From contig JAPOKK010000003.1 of assembly GCA_029977665.1 (NCBI GenBank), positions 1 through 42,371 on the forward strand: 42,371 bases of DNA, written 5' to 3'. The stretch is from Pseudomonadota bacterium (GTDB lineage: Bacteria > Pseudomonadota > Gammaproteobacteria > Ga0077536). A program made the position numbers and the translations under genes. Positions 28,974 to 41,871 of this stretch are shown piece after piece. The notes beneath the pieces were generated by a model, which did not search any database, was not told where the DNA came from, and saw nothing but the letters and a program-made list of their open reading frames with translations. Each line of letters starts with the position of its first letter. Position 1 is the stretch's first letter.

Positions 28974-30271
28974 TCGTCCGCGGCGCGGTAAGCCGCCGAG
29001 CGGGCGTGGGCGTCGAGACCCTCGGCGGTCGCGAGCACCGCGGCGATGCGCCCGAGGTGCGCCGCGCCTTCGGGCGAGCAGTCGATCACCGAGGAACGCT
29101 TCTGGAAATCGTAGACGCCGAGCGGCGAAGAGAAACGCGCGGTCCCGGCGGTCGGCAAGACGTGGTTGGGTCCGGCGCAGTAGTCGCCGATGGCTTCAGG
29201 CGTGTGGCGACCGAGGAAGATCGCGCCGGCGTGCCGGATATGCGCCAGCCAGCGCTGCGGATCGGCGACCGACAGCTCGAGGTGCTCGGGCGCGATGCGG
29301 TTGGCGAGCGCGACCGCGGCGTCCAGGTCGCTGACCTGCACGAGCGCGCCGCGCGCGGCGAGCGCGGTGCGCACGATGTCGGCCCGCGGCAGCGTCGGCA
29401 GCAGGCGCGCGATGCTCGCCTCGACCGCGTCGAGGAACGCGCCGTCGGGGCTGACCAGGATCGACTGCGCCTGCTCGTCGTGCTCGGCCTGCGAGAACAG
29501 GTCCATTGCGATCCAGTCGGGGTCGGTGCCACCGTCGCACACGACGAGGATCTCCGACGGCCCGGCGATCATGTCGATGCCGACACGACCGAAGACCATC
29601 GACTTCGCGGTGGCCACGTAGATGTTTCCGGGTCCGACGATCTTGTCCACGGCCGGCACCGTGTCGGTGCCATAGGCCAGCGCACCGATCGCCTGCGCGC
29701 CGCCAATGGTGAACACGCGGTCGACGCCGGCGATCGCGGCCGCCGCGAGCACCACCGGCTCGACGTGCTCGTCGGGTGCGGGCACGACCATGACAATCTC
29801 GCCGACGCCGGCGACCTTGGCCGGGATCGCGTTCATCAGTACGGAAGACGGATAGGCGGCCTTGCCGCCAGGCACGTAGATGCCCACGCGGTCGAGCGGC
29901 GTGACCAGCTGGCCGAGCACGGTGCCGTCCGCCTCGCGGTAATTCCACGAAACCGCCTTGTGTTTCTCGTGGTAGCTGCGGATGCGCGCGGCGGCCTGCT
30001 CGAGCGCGGCGCGCACGGCCTCCGGCACCGCGTCCAGGCTCGCGGCGGGGTCGGCGACCTCGAGCGCGGCCGCGGCACCCACCGCGCGGCGATCGAATCG
30101 ATTGGTGTAGCGCACGAGCGCGGCGTCGCCCTCGCGCCGCACGGCGTCGAGGATCTCCTTCACCGCGCGGGTGACGTCCGGGCGTTCGTCGTCGTCCCAG
30201 GCGAGCAGCGCGGTCAGTCGCGCATCGAAATCCGCTGCCCGCGCGTCGAGCCGGTTGATCAGCGCGCTCAC
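28970..30271 (-). CDS. hisD: Histidinol dehydrogenase
   Basis: [52 protein letters not shown]. Confidence 0.98.
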   Translation of the reverse strand: MSALINRLDARAADFDARLTALLAWDDDERPDVTRAVKEILDAVRREGDAALVRYTNRFDRRAVGAAAALEVADPAASLDAVPEAVRAALEQAAARIRSYHEKHKAVSWNYREADGTVLGQLVTPLDRVGIYVPGGKAAYPSSVLMNAIPAKVAGVGEIVMVVPAPDEHVEPVVLAAAAIAGVDRVFTIGGAQAIGALAYGTDTVPAVDKIVGPGNIYVATAKSMVFGRVGIDMIAGPSEILVVCDGGTDPDWIAMDLFSQAEHDEQAQSILVSPDGAFLDAVEASIARLLPTLPRADIVRTALAARGALVQVSDLDAAVALANRIAPEHLELSVADPQRWLAHIRHAGAIFLGRHTPEAIGDYCAGPNHVLPTAGTARFSSPLGVYDFQKRSSVIDCSPEGAAHLGRIAAVLATAEGLDAHARSAAYRAADE

Positions 30272-30927
30272 GCCGGCTGCTCCACGACCTCGCGCAGCGC
30301 GCCGATGATCTCGCTGACCCGCGCGTGCTTGGTCTTCATCGCGGCCTTGTTGACGATCAGGCGCGAGCTGATCTCGCAGATCGTCTCCATCGCGACCAGC
30401 CCGTTCGCCTTGAGCGTGTTGCCGGTATCGACGAGATCGACGATACGATCGGCGAGCCCGACCAGCGGCGCGAGTTCCATCGAGCCGTACAGCTTGATGA
30501 TCTCGGCCTGCATGCCGAGGCTCTCGAAATAATCGCGCGCGGTGCGCGCGTACTTCGTCGCGATGCGCGGGCGCCGGCGCGAGAAGTCCTGTCCGGGCAA
30601 ACCGGCGACCATCAGCCGGCAGCGCGCAATGCCGAGGTCGAGCGGCTCGTAGTAGTCGTGCCCCTCGTACTCCATGAGCACGTCCTTCCCCGCCACGCCG
30701 AGGTCGGCGGCGCCGTACTCGACGTAGGTCGGCACATCGGTGGCGCGGATGACGAGCAGCTTGACGTCTTCGCGCGAGGTATCGAGCACGAGCTTGCGCG
30801 ACTTTGCCGGGTCGTCGAGCGGCTCGATACCGATGCGAGTCATCAGCGGCAGCGCGTCTTCGAGGATGCGGCCCTTGGAGAGCGCGATGACGAGGTCGCC
30901 GGCGTTACGGTTCACGGTTGCAGTCAT
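30268..30927 (-). CDS. hisG: ATP phosphoribosyltransferase, short form
   Basis: [47 protein letters not shown]; 219 aa with no C-terminal regulatory domain. Confidence 0.97.
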   Translation of the reverse strand: MTATVNRNAGDLVIALSKGRILEDALPLMTRIGIEPLDDPAKSRKLVLDTSREDVKLLVIRATDVPTYVEYGAADLGVAGKDVLMEYEGHDYYEPLDLGIARCRLMVAGLPGQDFSRRRPRIATKYARTARDYFESLGMQAEIIKLYGSMELAPLVGLADRIVDLVDTGNTLKANGLVAMETICEISSRLIVNKAAMKTKHARVSEIIGALREVVEQPA

Positions 30928-31014
30928 GGTCGTCGTGTCGTCAGGTCGGGCGCTCGCGGCACCGGCCGCGAAGCGAGCGATGGTCGCGGGCCGCGCCGCG
31001 GGCGGGCGCCGGGC

Positions 31015-32292
<1,278 letters not shown>

Positions 32293-32544
32293 CTAGAGCG
32301 TCTGGAACTTGCGTGCTTTCTCCCAAGCCTCGCGAGTATAGGTCTGGATGGAGAGTGCGTGGATGGCGCTTTCCATGCTGTCGCCAAGTGCCGCGTAGAC
32401 CATCTTGTGCTGCTTGATCACCGGCATGCCGGCGAACTCGTCGCTGATCACGCGGGCCACGAAGTGCGACCCGTCACCATCGACGTGGGCCTCGGCACCG
32501 GGGATGCCGTCTACGATCATCTGCTTGATTTGATTCGGATCCAT
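32293..32544 (-). CDS. ibaG: BolA/IbaG family protein
   Basis: GDGSHF, F.G...IKQHKMVY, IHALSI; lies upstream of murA. Confidence 0.88.
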   Translation of the reverse strand: MDPNQIKQMIVDGIPGAEAHVDGDGSHFVARVISDEFAGMPVIKQHKMVYAALGDSMESAIHALSIQTYTREAWEKARKFQTL

Positions 32545-32570
32545 GGGCTCTCTGACGCTCGTGGCGTGAC

Positions 32571-33191
32571 TCAGTTGCCGTACTGCTGGTTCTTGCTGTC
32601 GAGCGAGGCGATGAGGCCGTCGAGCCCGTCCTTCTTGACCTTGGAGTCGAAATTGGCCTTGTAGGTCTGGATCAGGCTGACGCCGGAAATGGAGACGTCG
32701 TAGACCTTCCACTCACCGCTCTTGTTGTGCAGGCGGTAGAGCACCGACAGCGGCGAGCTGCCGGGCTGCGCGATGTCCTGCATCACGCGCGCGAACGACG
32801 CCCGGCCGGACTGCTCGACCGGCGGATAGGTGATTTCCTGGTTGGAGAACTGCAACAGGGCGGTTGCATAGGTGCGCACCAGGAGTTTGCGGAACTGCTC
32901 GATGAAGCCGGTGCGACTCGCTTCGTCGGCCTCGCTCCAGTGCTCGCCGAGCACGAACTGCGACATGATGGGGAAATCGAAATGCGGAAAGATCAGCTCG
33001 GAGACGAGGTCGTACATGCGGCCCGTGTCGGCCTCCAGCGCTTCCTTGTCGGCGCGCACCCGGTCGAGCACCTTGTCGGTCGTCTCGCGCACGATCGTCG
33101 TCGGGTCGTCGGCCGCGTTCGCCGAGTGCGCGGCGGTCGCGCTCAGAATCATCAGCAGGGCGAGCATGGGTGCCCAAATGCGCTTGTTCAT
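32571..33191 (-). CDS. mlaC: Periplasmic phospholipid shuttle MlaC (Ttg2D)
   Basis: Signal peptide, PHFDF, LG.HW, LLVRTY, WKVYDV...GVSL. Confidence 0.92.
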   Translation of the reverse strand: MNKRIWAPMLALLMILSATAAHSANAADDPTTIVRETTDKVLDRVRADKEALEADTGRMYDLVSELIFPHFDFPIMSQFVLGEHWSEADEASRTGFIEQFRKLLVRTYATALLQFSNQEITYPPVEQSGRASFARVMQDIAQPGSSPLSVLYRLHNKSGEWKVYDVSISGVSLIQTYKANFDSKVKKDGLDGLIASLDSKNQQYGN

Positions 33192-33336
33192 CGTGTTCCT
33201 CTCACACTTCCTCTACCGCAGGCCGCTGGCGGATACGAACCATGGCGTGGGCGGGGATCATGGCATTGTGCGCCGGGCCTGGGCGGCGCCGTCACGCGCG
33301 GGAGCGGCGACGGGGCGCCTGTCCGCAAGGGGCGCT

Positions 33337-33347
33337 AATGTAGCACA
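33337..33347 (-). promoter_or_regulatory. Putative extended -10 promoter for the mlaC-bolA-murA-his unit
   Basis: TGTG-C-TACATT followed by GC-rich AGCGCCCC. Confidence 0.45.
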
Positions 33348-33380
33348 AACCGGCCTGCCGGCACGCCGATCGCGCGGCCT

Positions 33381-33767
33381 TCAGGCGTGATCCTCGACGA
33401 GTTCCACCTTGTAGCCATCCGGGTCCTCGACGAAGGCGATGACGTGGGTGCCGCCCTTCATGGGCCCCGCATCCCGCACCACCTTGCCGCCGCGTGCACG
33501 CACCTCGTCGCAGGCCTTGTAGACGTCCGCCACGCCGAGCGCGATGTGACCGTAGGCATCGCCGAGGTCATAGCTGTCGGTGTCCCAGTTGTGGGTCAGC
33601 TCGAGGACGGTGTTCTCGGCCTCGGGACCGTAGCCGACGAAGGCCAGCGTGAAGCGGCCCTCGGGAAAGTCGCGGCGCCGCAGCACCTGCATGCCGAGCA
33701 CGTCGCAGTAGAAGCCGATCGAGGCCTCGAGATCGGTCACGCGCAGCATGGTGTGCATCATTCTCAT
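33381..33767 (-). CDS. gloA: Lactoylglutathione lyase (glyoxalase I)
   Basis: [40 protein letters not shown]; GGGGAG SD. Confidence 0.97.
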   Translation of the reverse strand: MRMMHTMLRVTDLEASIGFYCDVLGMQVLRRRDFPEGRFTLAFVGYGPEAENTVLELTHNWDTDSYDLGDAYGHIALGVADVYKACDEVRARGGKVVRDAGPMKGGTHVIAFVEDPDGYKVELVEDHA

Positions 33768-33798
33768 GGTCGGTCTCCCCCGCCGGCCGCGTGCCGGC

Positions 33799-34989
33799 TC
33801 AATCGATGTCGATGGTAATCGCCCCGGCGACGGTACGCGCCCGCGCCCGCGCAGTCTCGATGTCCGCGCCGCGCGCGAGGGCCACGCCGAGGCGGCGCTT
33901 GCCGGCGATCTCCGGTTTGCCGAACAGGCGCAAATCGGTGGCGCCGCCGCCGATCGCCTCGGCCACGCCAGCATAGCGGATGTCGCGGCCGCGTCCCTCG
34001 GCGAGAATGGCGCAGCTCGCCGCCGCGCCGAGTTGCTCGATGTGCGGCAGCTCAGCGCCGATGATCGCGCGTACGTGCAGCGCGAACTCCGACTGTGTCT
34101 GCGAAATGAGCGTGACCATGCCGGTGTCGTGCGGCCGCGGCGAGACCTCGCTGAACCACACTTCGTCGCCCTTGACGAACAGCTCGACGCCGAACAGGCC
34201 CCAACCGCCGAGCGCGTCGGTCACGGCGCGCGCGATCTCCTGCGCGCGCGCCAGCGCCGGTGGCGACATCGGCTGTGGCTGCCAGGACTCGCGGTAGTCG
34301 CCGTCGACCTGGAGGTGGCCAATCGGCGCGCAGAAGCTGGTACCGCCGCGGTGGCGCACCGTCAGCAGCGTGATTTCGTAGTCGAATGCGACGAAACCCT
34401 CGACGATCACCCGTGGCCGCGCGGCGCGCGCGCCGCCGACGGCATAGTCCCAGGCGCGCGCGGCGTCGGCCGCATCGCGCACCGTGATCTGCCCCTTGCC
34501 GGACGAACTCATGACCGGCTTGACGATGCACGGCATGCCGACCGCCGCGATTGCCTCGGCGCATTCCGCGGCACTGCCGGCGAAGCGGTAGGCGGACGTC
34601 GGCAGGCCGAGTTCCTCGGCGGCGAGGCAGCGTATGCCTTCGCGATCCATGGTCAGGTGGGTCGCACGTGCGGTCGGCACCACGACGAAGCCTTCCGCTT
34701 CGAGCGCAACCAGGGTGTCGGTCGCGATGGCCTCGACCTCGGGAACGATCCAGCGCGGGTGCTCGGCCTCGATGACTGCGCGCAGCCGCGCGCCATCGAG
34801 CATGTCGATGACATGGGCGCGGTGGGCGACCTGCATGGCCGGGGCGTCGGCATAGCGATCGACGGCGACGACCTCGAGACCGAGGCGCATCGCTTCGATC
34901 GCGACTTCCTTGCCGAGCTCGCCGGAGCCGAGCAGCAGCAGGCGGGTCGCGTTCGCGGCCAGCGGGGTTCCGATGGACAGTGTGCTCAT
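33799..34989 (-). CDS. purT: Formate-dependent GAR transformylase
   Basis: [54 protein letters not shown]. Confidence 0.98.
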   Translation of the reverse strand: MSTLSIGTPLAANATRLLLLGSGELGKEVAIEAMRLGLEVVAVDRYADAPAMQVAHRAHVIDMLDGARLRAVIEAEHPRWIVPEVEAIATDTLVALEAEGFVVVPTARATHLTMDREGIRCLAAEELGLPTSAYRFAGSAAECAEAIAAVGMPCIVKPVMSSSGKGQITVRDAADAARAWDYAVGGARAARPRVIVEGFVAFDYEITLLTVRHRGGTSFCAPIGHLQVDGDYRESWQPQPMSPPALARAQEIARAVTDALGGWGLFGVELFVKGDEVWFSEVSPRPHDTGMVTLISQTQSEFALHVRAIIGAELPHIEQLGAAASCAILAEGRGRDIRYAGVAEAIGGGATDLRLFGKPEIAGKRRLGVALARGADIETARARARTVAGAITIDID

Positions 34990-35016
34990 GGGCAGTCGTG
35001 GTTCTCGGGAGCGCGC

Positions 35017-36147
35017 TCAGGCGCGGCGGGTGAAGCCGAGCAGGTCGAGTTCGGCGACAGTATCGGGATTGCACCCGGCACATGCAACGGGATGGCTGGC
35101 AAACTCGCGGCGCAGGCCGAACGTGCGGCGATCGGCATCGAAGCTCGCGGCGCGCGCGCCGTTCGCATCCTCCGCGGCGAGCGCACGCATGCGCGCGGTG
35201 TGCGCCGCGAGATCGTGGGCCTCGGCGAGCACACCCACGACGCCCGCAGCGCCCGCGTGCAATGTCGACGCCGGCGTTGCCGCGAGCAGGTCCGGCGCGC
35301 GGAAGGCGCAACCGTTCCAGGTGCTCAGGGCCGCGGCCAGGCGCAGGCTCGCGTTGGCGCGCGCTTCGCGCGTGTGGCCGGCGATGTGCGGACTGGCCAG
35401 CCAGCTCGCGGCCAGCGTCGCGCAGGCGACGCGCGGCTCGCCGTCCCAGCAATCGAGCGCGGCGAGCAGGCGGCGCGGTCCGCGTACGGCGGCCACGAGC
35501 GCGTCTTCGTCGACCACGCCGCCGCGCGCGGCATTGATCAACAGGCTGCCCGGGCGCAGGCGCGCGAGTTCGGCGGCGCCGATCAGTCCGGCCGTCGCGT
35601 GCGCGCCCGCGCGGGTCAATGGCACGTGCAGCGAGAGCACGTCGCTGCGCTCGAGCAGCGTCACGAGATCGGTATGCGGCACGTCCTGGTCGGCCATGGA
35701 GAGCGGCGGATCGTTGGCCAGCCAGGGTACGCCGATGCGCGAGGCGAGCGCTGCCAAGGCGCGCCCGACATGGCCGTAGCCGACGATACCCAGGCACAGT
35801 TCGCGCACGTCGCAGCCGCGGCGCGCGGCATAGCGGTAGAGGCAGCACACGACATGCTCGGCGACCGCCTGCGCATTGCAGCCCGCGGCATCGGCGACGG
35901 TAATGCCGGCCGCTTGCAGCCAGTCGAGATCCAGGTGGTCGGTACCCGCGGTCGCGGTGCCGACGAAGCGCACGTCGCTTGCGCCGAGCAGCGTGGCGTC
36001 CACGCGCGTCACCGAACGCACCAGCAGCACCTCGGCGTCACCGATCGCGGCGCGGCCGAGGTCGCGGCCGTCGAACAGGCGTACTTCACCGAACGCACTG
36101 AAGAGTTCGCGCGCGCCGGTGATCTCGCGGTCGATCAGCAGTTCCAT
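35017..36147 (-). CDS. pdxB: Erythronate-4-phosphate dehydrogenase
   Basis: VRSVTRV, GTATAGTDH, GCNA.AV, GIVGYGHVG, LHVPL, INAARG, SPHIAG, RREF. Confidence 0.92.
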   Translation of the reverse strand: MELLIDREITGARELFSAFGEVRLFDGRDLGRAAIGDAEVLLVRSVTRVDATLLGASDVRFVGTATAGTDHLDLDWLQAAGITVADAAGCNAQAVAEHVVCCLYRYAARRGCDVRELCLGIVGYGHVGRALAALASRIGVPWLANDPPLSMADQDVPHTDLVTLLERSDVLSLHVPLTRAGAHATAGLIGAAELARLRPGSLLINAARGGVVDEDALVAAVRGPRRLLAALDCWDGEPRVACATLAASWLASPHIAGHTREARANASLRLAAALSTWNGCAFRAPDLLAATPASTLHAGAAGVVGVLAEAHDLAAHTARMRALAAEDANGARAASFDADRRTFGLRREFASHPVACAGCNPDTVAELDLLGFTRRA

Positions 36148-36178
36148 CGGCGCGCCGCTGCGGCGCTGGGCCGCGCCC

Positions 36179-37105
36179 TCAGGGGCGTCCGTCGAGGGCT
36201 TCGCCTTCCTTGGCGACCGGCATGAGGTCGACCTTGCTCACGTTCAGCCACAGCAGCATCGCGCTCGCGACGTAAATCGAGGAGTAAGTGCCGACGAAGA
36301 TGCCGATCATGAGCGTCGCGGCGAAGGCGTGGATGAGCTCACCACCGAAGACGAACAGCGCCACCACGACGAGCAAGGTGGTACCCGAGGTCATCAAGGT
36401 ACGCGAGAGCGTCTGGTTGAGCGACTTGTTGATGACCTCGCGCGGCTCGTCCTTGCGATATCGCTTGAAGTTCTCGCGGATACGGTCGAACACGACGATG
36501 GTGTCGTTCAGCGAGTAACCGATGACGGCGAGCACGGCGGCGAGCACGGTGAGGTCGAATTCCATGCCGGAGACAGCGAAGAAGCCGAACACGATGGTGA
36601 CGTCGTGCACGGTGGCGACGATGGCGCCGAGCGAGAACTTGAGCGTGAAGCGCACCATCACGTAGATCAGGATGCCGCCCAGCGCATAGAGCAGCGCGAG
36701 GATGCCGTCTTCGACCAGTTCGTCGCCGACCTGCGGGCCGACGAACTCGATGCGGCGCATCTCCGCACCCGGCAACAGCGCGAGAATGCGGTCGCCGAGC
36801 CCGGCCGAGCCGGCCTCGCCGGCCGGCGGCAGGCGAACCAGCACGTCGTTGTCGGCACCGAAACGCTGCACCGAGGCGCCGTCGAACTCGGAGCCGGCCA
36901 ACGCTTCACGGATGGCACCGAGATCGGCCTTGTCCGGATAGCCCAGCTCGACCAGCGTGCCGCCGGTGAAATCGATGCCGAAATTGAGCCCCTTGGCGAC
37001 CAGCGCGCCGATGGCAAGCACGGTCAACAAAGCGGTCAGAATGACCGCAATGCGCGTCTTGCCCATGAAGTCGATATTGAATTCCCTGCGCTTGTACTCG
37101 GCCAT
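36179..37105 (-). CDS. secF: Protein translocase subunit SecF
   Basis: GIDFTGG, EFVGPQVG, HDV, GYSLNDTIVVFDRIRE, GTYSSIYVA. Confidence 0.98.
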   Translation of the reverse strand: MAEYKRREFNIDFMGKTRIAVILTALLTVLAIGALVAKGLNFGIDFTGGTLVELGYPDKADLGAIREALAGSEFDGASVQRFGADNDVLVRLPPAGEAGSAGLGDRILALLPGAEMRRIEFVGPQVGDELVEDGILALLYALGGILIYVMVRFTLKFSLGAIVATVHDVTIVFGFFAVSGMEFDLTVLAAVLAVIGYSLNDTIVVFDRIRENFKRYRKDEPREVINKSLNQTLSRTLMTSGTTLLVVVALFVFGGELIHAFAATLMIGIFVGTYSSIYVASAMLLWLNVSKVDLMPVAKEGEALDGRP

Positions 37106-37115
37106 GGCGGCGACC

Positions 37116-38933
37116 TCAGATCGAAAGTTTGCTCACGCGCCGTCCCCCGTAGATGAGGTTGACGATGGCGCGCGTGCCGGTGATGGCGGTGAACATCGAG
37201 GTGGCAATGCCGAGCGAGAGCGTCACGGCGAAACCCTTGATCGGCCCGGTGCCGAAGCTGAACAGCACGATCGCGGCGATCAGCGTCGTGACGTTGGCAT
37301 CGGCGATGGTCGAAAACGCCTTGTCGTAGCCCGCGTTGATGCTCATCTGCGGTGAATTGCCGATCGCGAGTTCTTCGCGGATGCGCTCGAAGATCAGCAC
37401 GTTGGCGTCGACCGCCATGCCCACCGTGAGCACGATGCCGGCGATGCCGGGCAGCGTCAGCGTCGCCTGCAGCAACGACAGCAGCGCGACGATGAGCACG
37501 AGGTTCAACAGCAGCGCGACGTTGGCGACCAGGCCGAACACCTTGTAATACAGCGCCATGAACACCAGCACCGCGGCCATGCCGATGATCACCGAGCGCA
37601 CGCCCATGTCGATGTTGTCCTGGCCGAGGCTCGGCCCGACGGTGCGTTCCTCGACGATCTCGATCGGCGCGGCGAGGGCGCCGGCGCGCAGCAGCAGGGC
37701 CAGCGTGCGCGCTTCCTCGGTCGTGTCGAGGCCTGTGATCTGGAAGCGCTTGCCAAGCTCGTCGCGGATGGTGGCGACGTTGATCACTTCTTCCACCGCG
37801 CGGCCCTTGCGCTGCTCGATGTAGACCACGCCCATCGGGTTGCCGACCTCTTCGCGGGTCGCGCGGCTGAAGATGCGCGCGCCCTTGCCGTCGAGCGTGA
37901 TGAACACGGCGGGGCTGCCGGTCTGCTGCTCGATGCCGGAAGCGGCGTCGATGATGTACTCGCCGGTCAGCATCACGCGCTTCTCGAGCAGCAGTGGGTT
38001 GCCGTCGCGGTCCTTGTAGAGCTTGGAGGCGAGCGGCACGCGCCCGCCGACCGCCGCCTGCACGTCGCCGGTGGTATCGACCATGCGAAATTCGAGCGTC
38101 GCGGTGGCGCCGAGAATTTTCTTCGCCTCGGCGGTGTCTTCCACGCCCGGCAACTGCACGACGATGCGGTCCTCGCCCTGCTGCTGGATCACCGGCTCGG
38201 CGACGCCGAACTCGTTGACGCGGTTGCGCAGCGTCGTCAGGTTCTGCTTGACGGCCGTACGCCGGGTCTCCTCCATCAGCTGCTCGTTGACCGTCAGGGT
38301 CAGCTCGCTGTCCGACGCGCCGTCACTGCTCGACAGGTCGGGGAAGTCGGCGCCGACGACGTCGGCGCCGCGCGCCTTCATCTCCGCGTTCAGGAACTCG
38401 ACGTCGATACCGCCCTCGGCACGCCGCGTCAACGCGCGGTAACGCACCTTCTTCTCGCGGAAAGCCGTGCGCAGCTCGGAGATGAAACGTTCGTCGGTCT
38501 GCACGCGCACCGCGTCCATGTCGACTTCCATCAGGAAGTGCACGCCGCCGCGCAGGTCCAGGCCCATGTACATCTGCTCGCCGCCGAGCGCGCGCAGCCA
38601 GCCGGGCGTCGCCGAGGCGAGGTTGAGCGCGACGATGTAGTCCTGCTCACCGACGGCTTGCTCGACCACGCCGCGCGCGGCGATCCGGGCCTCGGTATCG
38701 TCGAAACGCACCAGCAGGCGGTTCTGCTCGAGCGCGATGCGCTTGGGCGTCACGCCGGCCTCGTCCAGGGCCGCCTCGACGCGGGCACGCAGCGCCTCGT
38801 CGACCGCCTGGCCACGACGCGCGCTGACCTGCAATGCCGGGTCGGAGCCGTAGATATTGGGCAGCGCGTAGAGCACGCCGGCCGCGATCACCAGCGCAAC
38901 CAGCAGGTAGCGCCACAACGGGTATCGGTTCAT
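37116..38933 (-). CDS. secD: Protein translocase subunit SecD
   Basis: MNRYPLW, GLDLRGG, IVVQLPG, LRAGAL, GPSLG, GMAVDANVLIFERIREE. Confidence 0.98.
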   Translation of the reverse strand: MNRYPLWRYLLVALVIAAGVLYALPNIYGSDPALQVSARRGQAVDEALRARVEAALDEAGVTPKRIALEQNRLLVRFDDTEARIAARGVVEQAVGEQDYIVALNLASATPGWLRALGGEQMYMGLDLRGGVHFLMEVDMDAVRVQTDERFISELRTAFREKKVRYRALTRRAEGGIDVEFLNAEMKARGADVVGADFPDLSSSDGASDSELTLTVNEQLMEETRRTAVKQNLTTLRNRVNEFGVAEPVIQQQGEDRIVVQLPGVEDTAEAKKILGATATLEFRMVDTTGDVQAAVGGRVPLASKLYKDRDGNPLLLEKRVMLTGEYIIDAASGIEQQTGSPAVFITLDGKGARIFSRATREEVGNPMGVVYIEQRKGRAVEEVINVATIRDELGKRFQITGLDTTEEARTLALLLRAGALAAPIEIVEERTVGPSLGQDNIDMGVRSVIIGMAAVLVFMALYYKVFGLVANVALLLNLVLIVALLSLLQATLTLPGIAGIVLTVGMAVDANVLIFERIREELAIGNSPQMSINAGYDKAFSTIADANVTTLIAAIVLFSFGTGPIKGFAVTLSLGIATSMFTAITGTRAIVNLIYGGRRVSKLSI

Positions 38934-38993
38934 CGAAACGTCCGTAAGGGATTCGTGGGGTCGGGCGGGAACGCGCCGGCCGGCACGGCAGGT

Positions 38994-39323
38994 CTACAGG
39001 TCCTTGATCGTGCCCTTGGGCATGACCTGGGCAATGGCGTGCTTCTGCACCTTGACCTCGGTGCCCTTGGCCACTTCGAACTTGACGAAGTTGTCGCCCA
39101 CCTCGGTCACGCGCCCGAGCAGGCCGCCGCTGGTGACCGCCTCGTCGCCCTTGGCCAGGGCCTCGACCATCTTGGTGTGTTCCTTCTGCCGCTTCATCTG
39201 CGGCCGGATCAGGAACAGGTAGAAGACGACGAACAGGATGATGAGCGGCAGGAAGCTCGCCAGACCCGGCTCGGCGGCCCCGCCGGCACCCTGCGCCCAC
39301 GCGTTCTGAATCAGGTAATCCAT
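38994..39323 (-). CDS. yajC: Preprotein translocase subunit YajC
   Basis: FYLFLIRPQ.KR.KEH, GDE.VTSGG, PKGTIK. Confidence 0.97.
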   Translation of the reverse strand: MDYLIQNAWAQGAGGAAEPGLASFLPLIILFVVFYLFLIRPQMKRQKEHTKMVEALAKGDEAVTSGGLLGRVTEVGDNFVKFEVAKGTEVKVQKHAIAQVMPKGTIKDL

Positions 39324-39347
39324 GGAATTCCCCGCAAAATGGCGCGC

Positions 39348-39358
39348 ATTATGCCACA
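39348..39358 (-). promoter_or_regulatory. Putative internal extended -10 promoter for yajC-secDF
   Basis: TGTG-G-CATAAT followed by the GC-rich discriminator GCGCGCC. Confidence 0.55.
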
Positions 39359-39374
39359 GGCCAGGCGGCCGGTG

Positions 39375-40577
<1,203 letters not shown>

Positions 40578-40642
40578 TTAACCGGGAAGTCCGCGCCCCG
40601 CAGACCGCTGGTCACTGGCGCGGCAGAGCCCTGCGTGCGAGC

Positions 40643-41698
40643 TCACGCCGGCGCCGGCGCGGCCCGCTCGAGCAACATCGCGTCGCCGTAGCTGAAGAAG
40701 CGGTAACCGGCCGCGACGGCATGCCGGTAGGCTGCCATGACCCGCTCGTGGCCGCCGAAGGCGCTGACCAGCATCAACAGCGTGGAGCGCGGCAGGTGAA
40801 AGTTGGTCAGCAGCGCGTCGATCACGCGGAAGCGGTAGCCGGGACGGATGAACAGCCGCGTCTCACCCTCGCTCGGTACGAGCGTGCCGTCGGCTGACGC
40901 GGCGGCGGCGCTTTCCAGCGCGCGCACGACCGTGGTGCCGATGGCGACGACCCGCCCACCGCGCGCCCGCGTCGCCGCGATCGCCTCGCACAGCGCGCCG
41001 GAGACGGTGTAACGCTCCGCATGCATGACGTGGCTGTCGATGTCCTCGCCGCGCACCGGCCGGAACGTACCCGCGCCGACGTGCAGCGTGAGCTTGCCGA
41101 TAGTGACGCCGGCCGCGGCGATCTCCGCGAGCAGCGCGTCGTCGAGATGCAGGCCCGCCGTCGGTGCGGCGACCGCGCCGGGAGTGCTGGCAAAAACCGT
41201 CTGGTAGCGCGCGCGATCGCCTGCCTCCGGCGCGCGGTCTATGTACGGAGGCAACGGCACCTCGCCGCGCGCCTCGAGCACCGCGTCGATGCTCGCGCCG
41301 GCCGGCGCAGCAACGGCGAGTTCGAACAGGTCGTCGTGCCGCGCACGCACCACCAGGCGATGGGCGTCATCGAGCAGGATCAGGCTGCCCGGGCGCGGTG
41401 ACTTACTCGCGCGCACGTGGGCCAGCGCCCGTTCGCGGTCGAGGACCCGTTCGATCAGGATCTCGACCGCACCACCGGTCTCCTTGCGACCGTGCAGGCG
41501 CGCCGGGATGACGCGGGTGTCGTTCAGCACCACGAGGTCACCGGCACGCAGCAATTGCGGCAGGTCGGCCACGCCACGATCGACACAGGCACCCTCCCCC
41601 GGCGGTACAACCAGCAGGCGCGCGGCACGCCGCGTGGGCAGGGGATGCTGCGCGATCTGTGCCTCGGGCAGGTGGTAATCGAAGTCGGCGAGTTGCAC
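40643..41698 (-). CDS. queA: SAM:tRNA ribosyltransferase-isomerase
   Basis: DFDYHLP..IAQ.P, NDTRVIPAR, PLPPYI, YQTV, AAPTAGLH, LHVGAGTF, TNFHLP, YRFFSYGDAM; GTG start. Confidence 0.98.
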   Translation of the reverse strand: MQLADFDYHLPEAQIAQHPLPTRRAARLLVVPPGEGACVDRGVADLPQLLRAGDLVVLNDTRVIPARLHGRKETGGAVEILIERVLDRERALAHVRASKSPRPGSLILLDDAHRLVVRARHDDLFELAVAAPAGASIDAVLEARGEVPLPPYIDRAPEAGDRARYQTVFASTPGAVAAPTAGLHLDDALLAEIAAAGVTIGKLTLHVGAGTFRPVRGEDIDSHVMHAERYTVSGALCEAIAATRARGGRVVAIGTTVVRALESAAAASADGTLVPSEGETRLFIRPGYRFRVIDALLTNFHLPRSTLLMLVSAFGGHERVMAAYRHAVAAGYRFFSYGDAMLLERAAPAPA

Positions 41699-41704
41699 CG
41701 CGCG

Positions 41705-41732
41705 ATCCTAGCAGCCTGTCGAACTCAGGCAA
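41705..41732 (-). promoter_or_regulatory. Putative queA promoter (predicts a leaderless transcript)
   Basis: TTGCCT (41732-41727) - 16 bp ending TGC - TAGGAT (41710-41705) - CGCGCG - GTG. Confidence 0.55.
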
Positions 41733-41871
41733 TCGTCGCGAGCAGGGTGGGAGGGCGCGTCCAGATGGACACGATTTCGAGGCGCATAGTGGTTGCACGT
41801 AACGAGAAATCGGGCTTATCCGCGCCGCCCTCCCGCCAGCGCAGTCGATTGTTCCGAAGTCCGACAGGCTG
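41712..41871. mobile_element. Non-autonomous palindromic (MITE-like) element, ~160 bp
   Basis: Perfect inverted repeat GCAGCCTGTCG (41711-21)/CGACAGGCTGC (41862-72) extending imperfectly ~45 bp inward; nested inner repeats; flanks CTAG and CCGG. Confidence 0.7.

Noticed and set aside
30928-31014. Histidine attenuator before hisG
   Set aside because: No leader ORF with tandem His codons and no terminator U-tract
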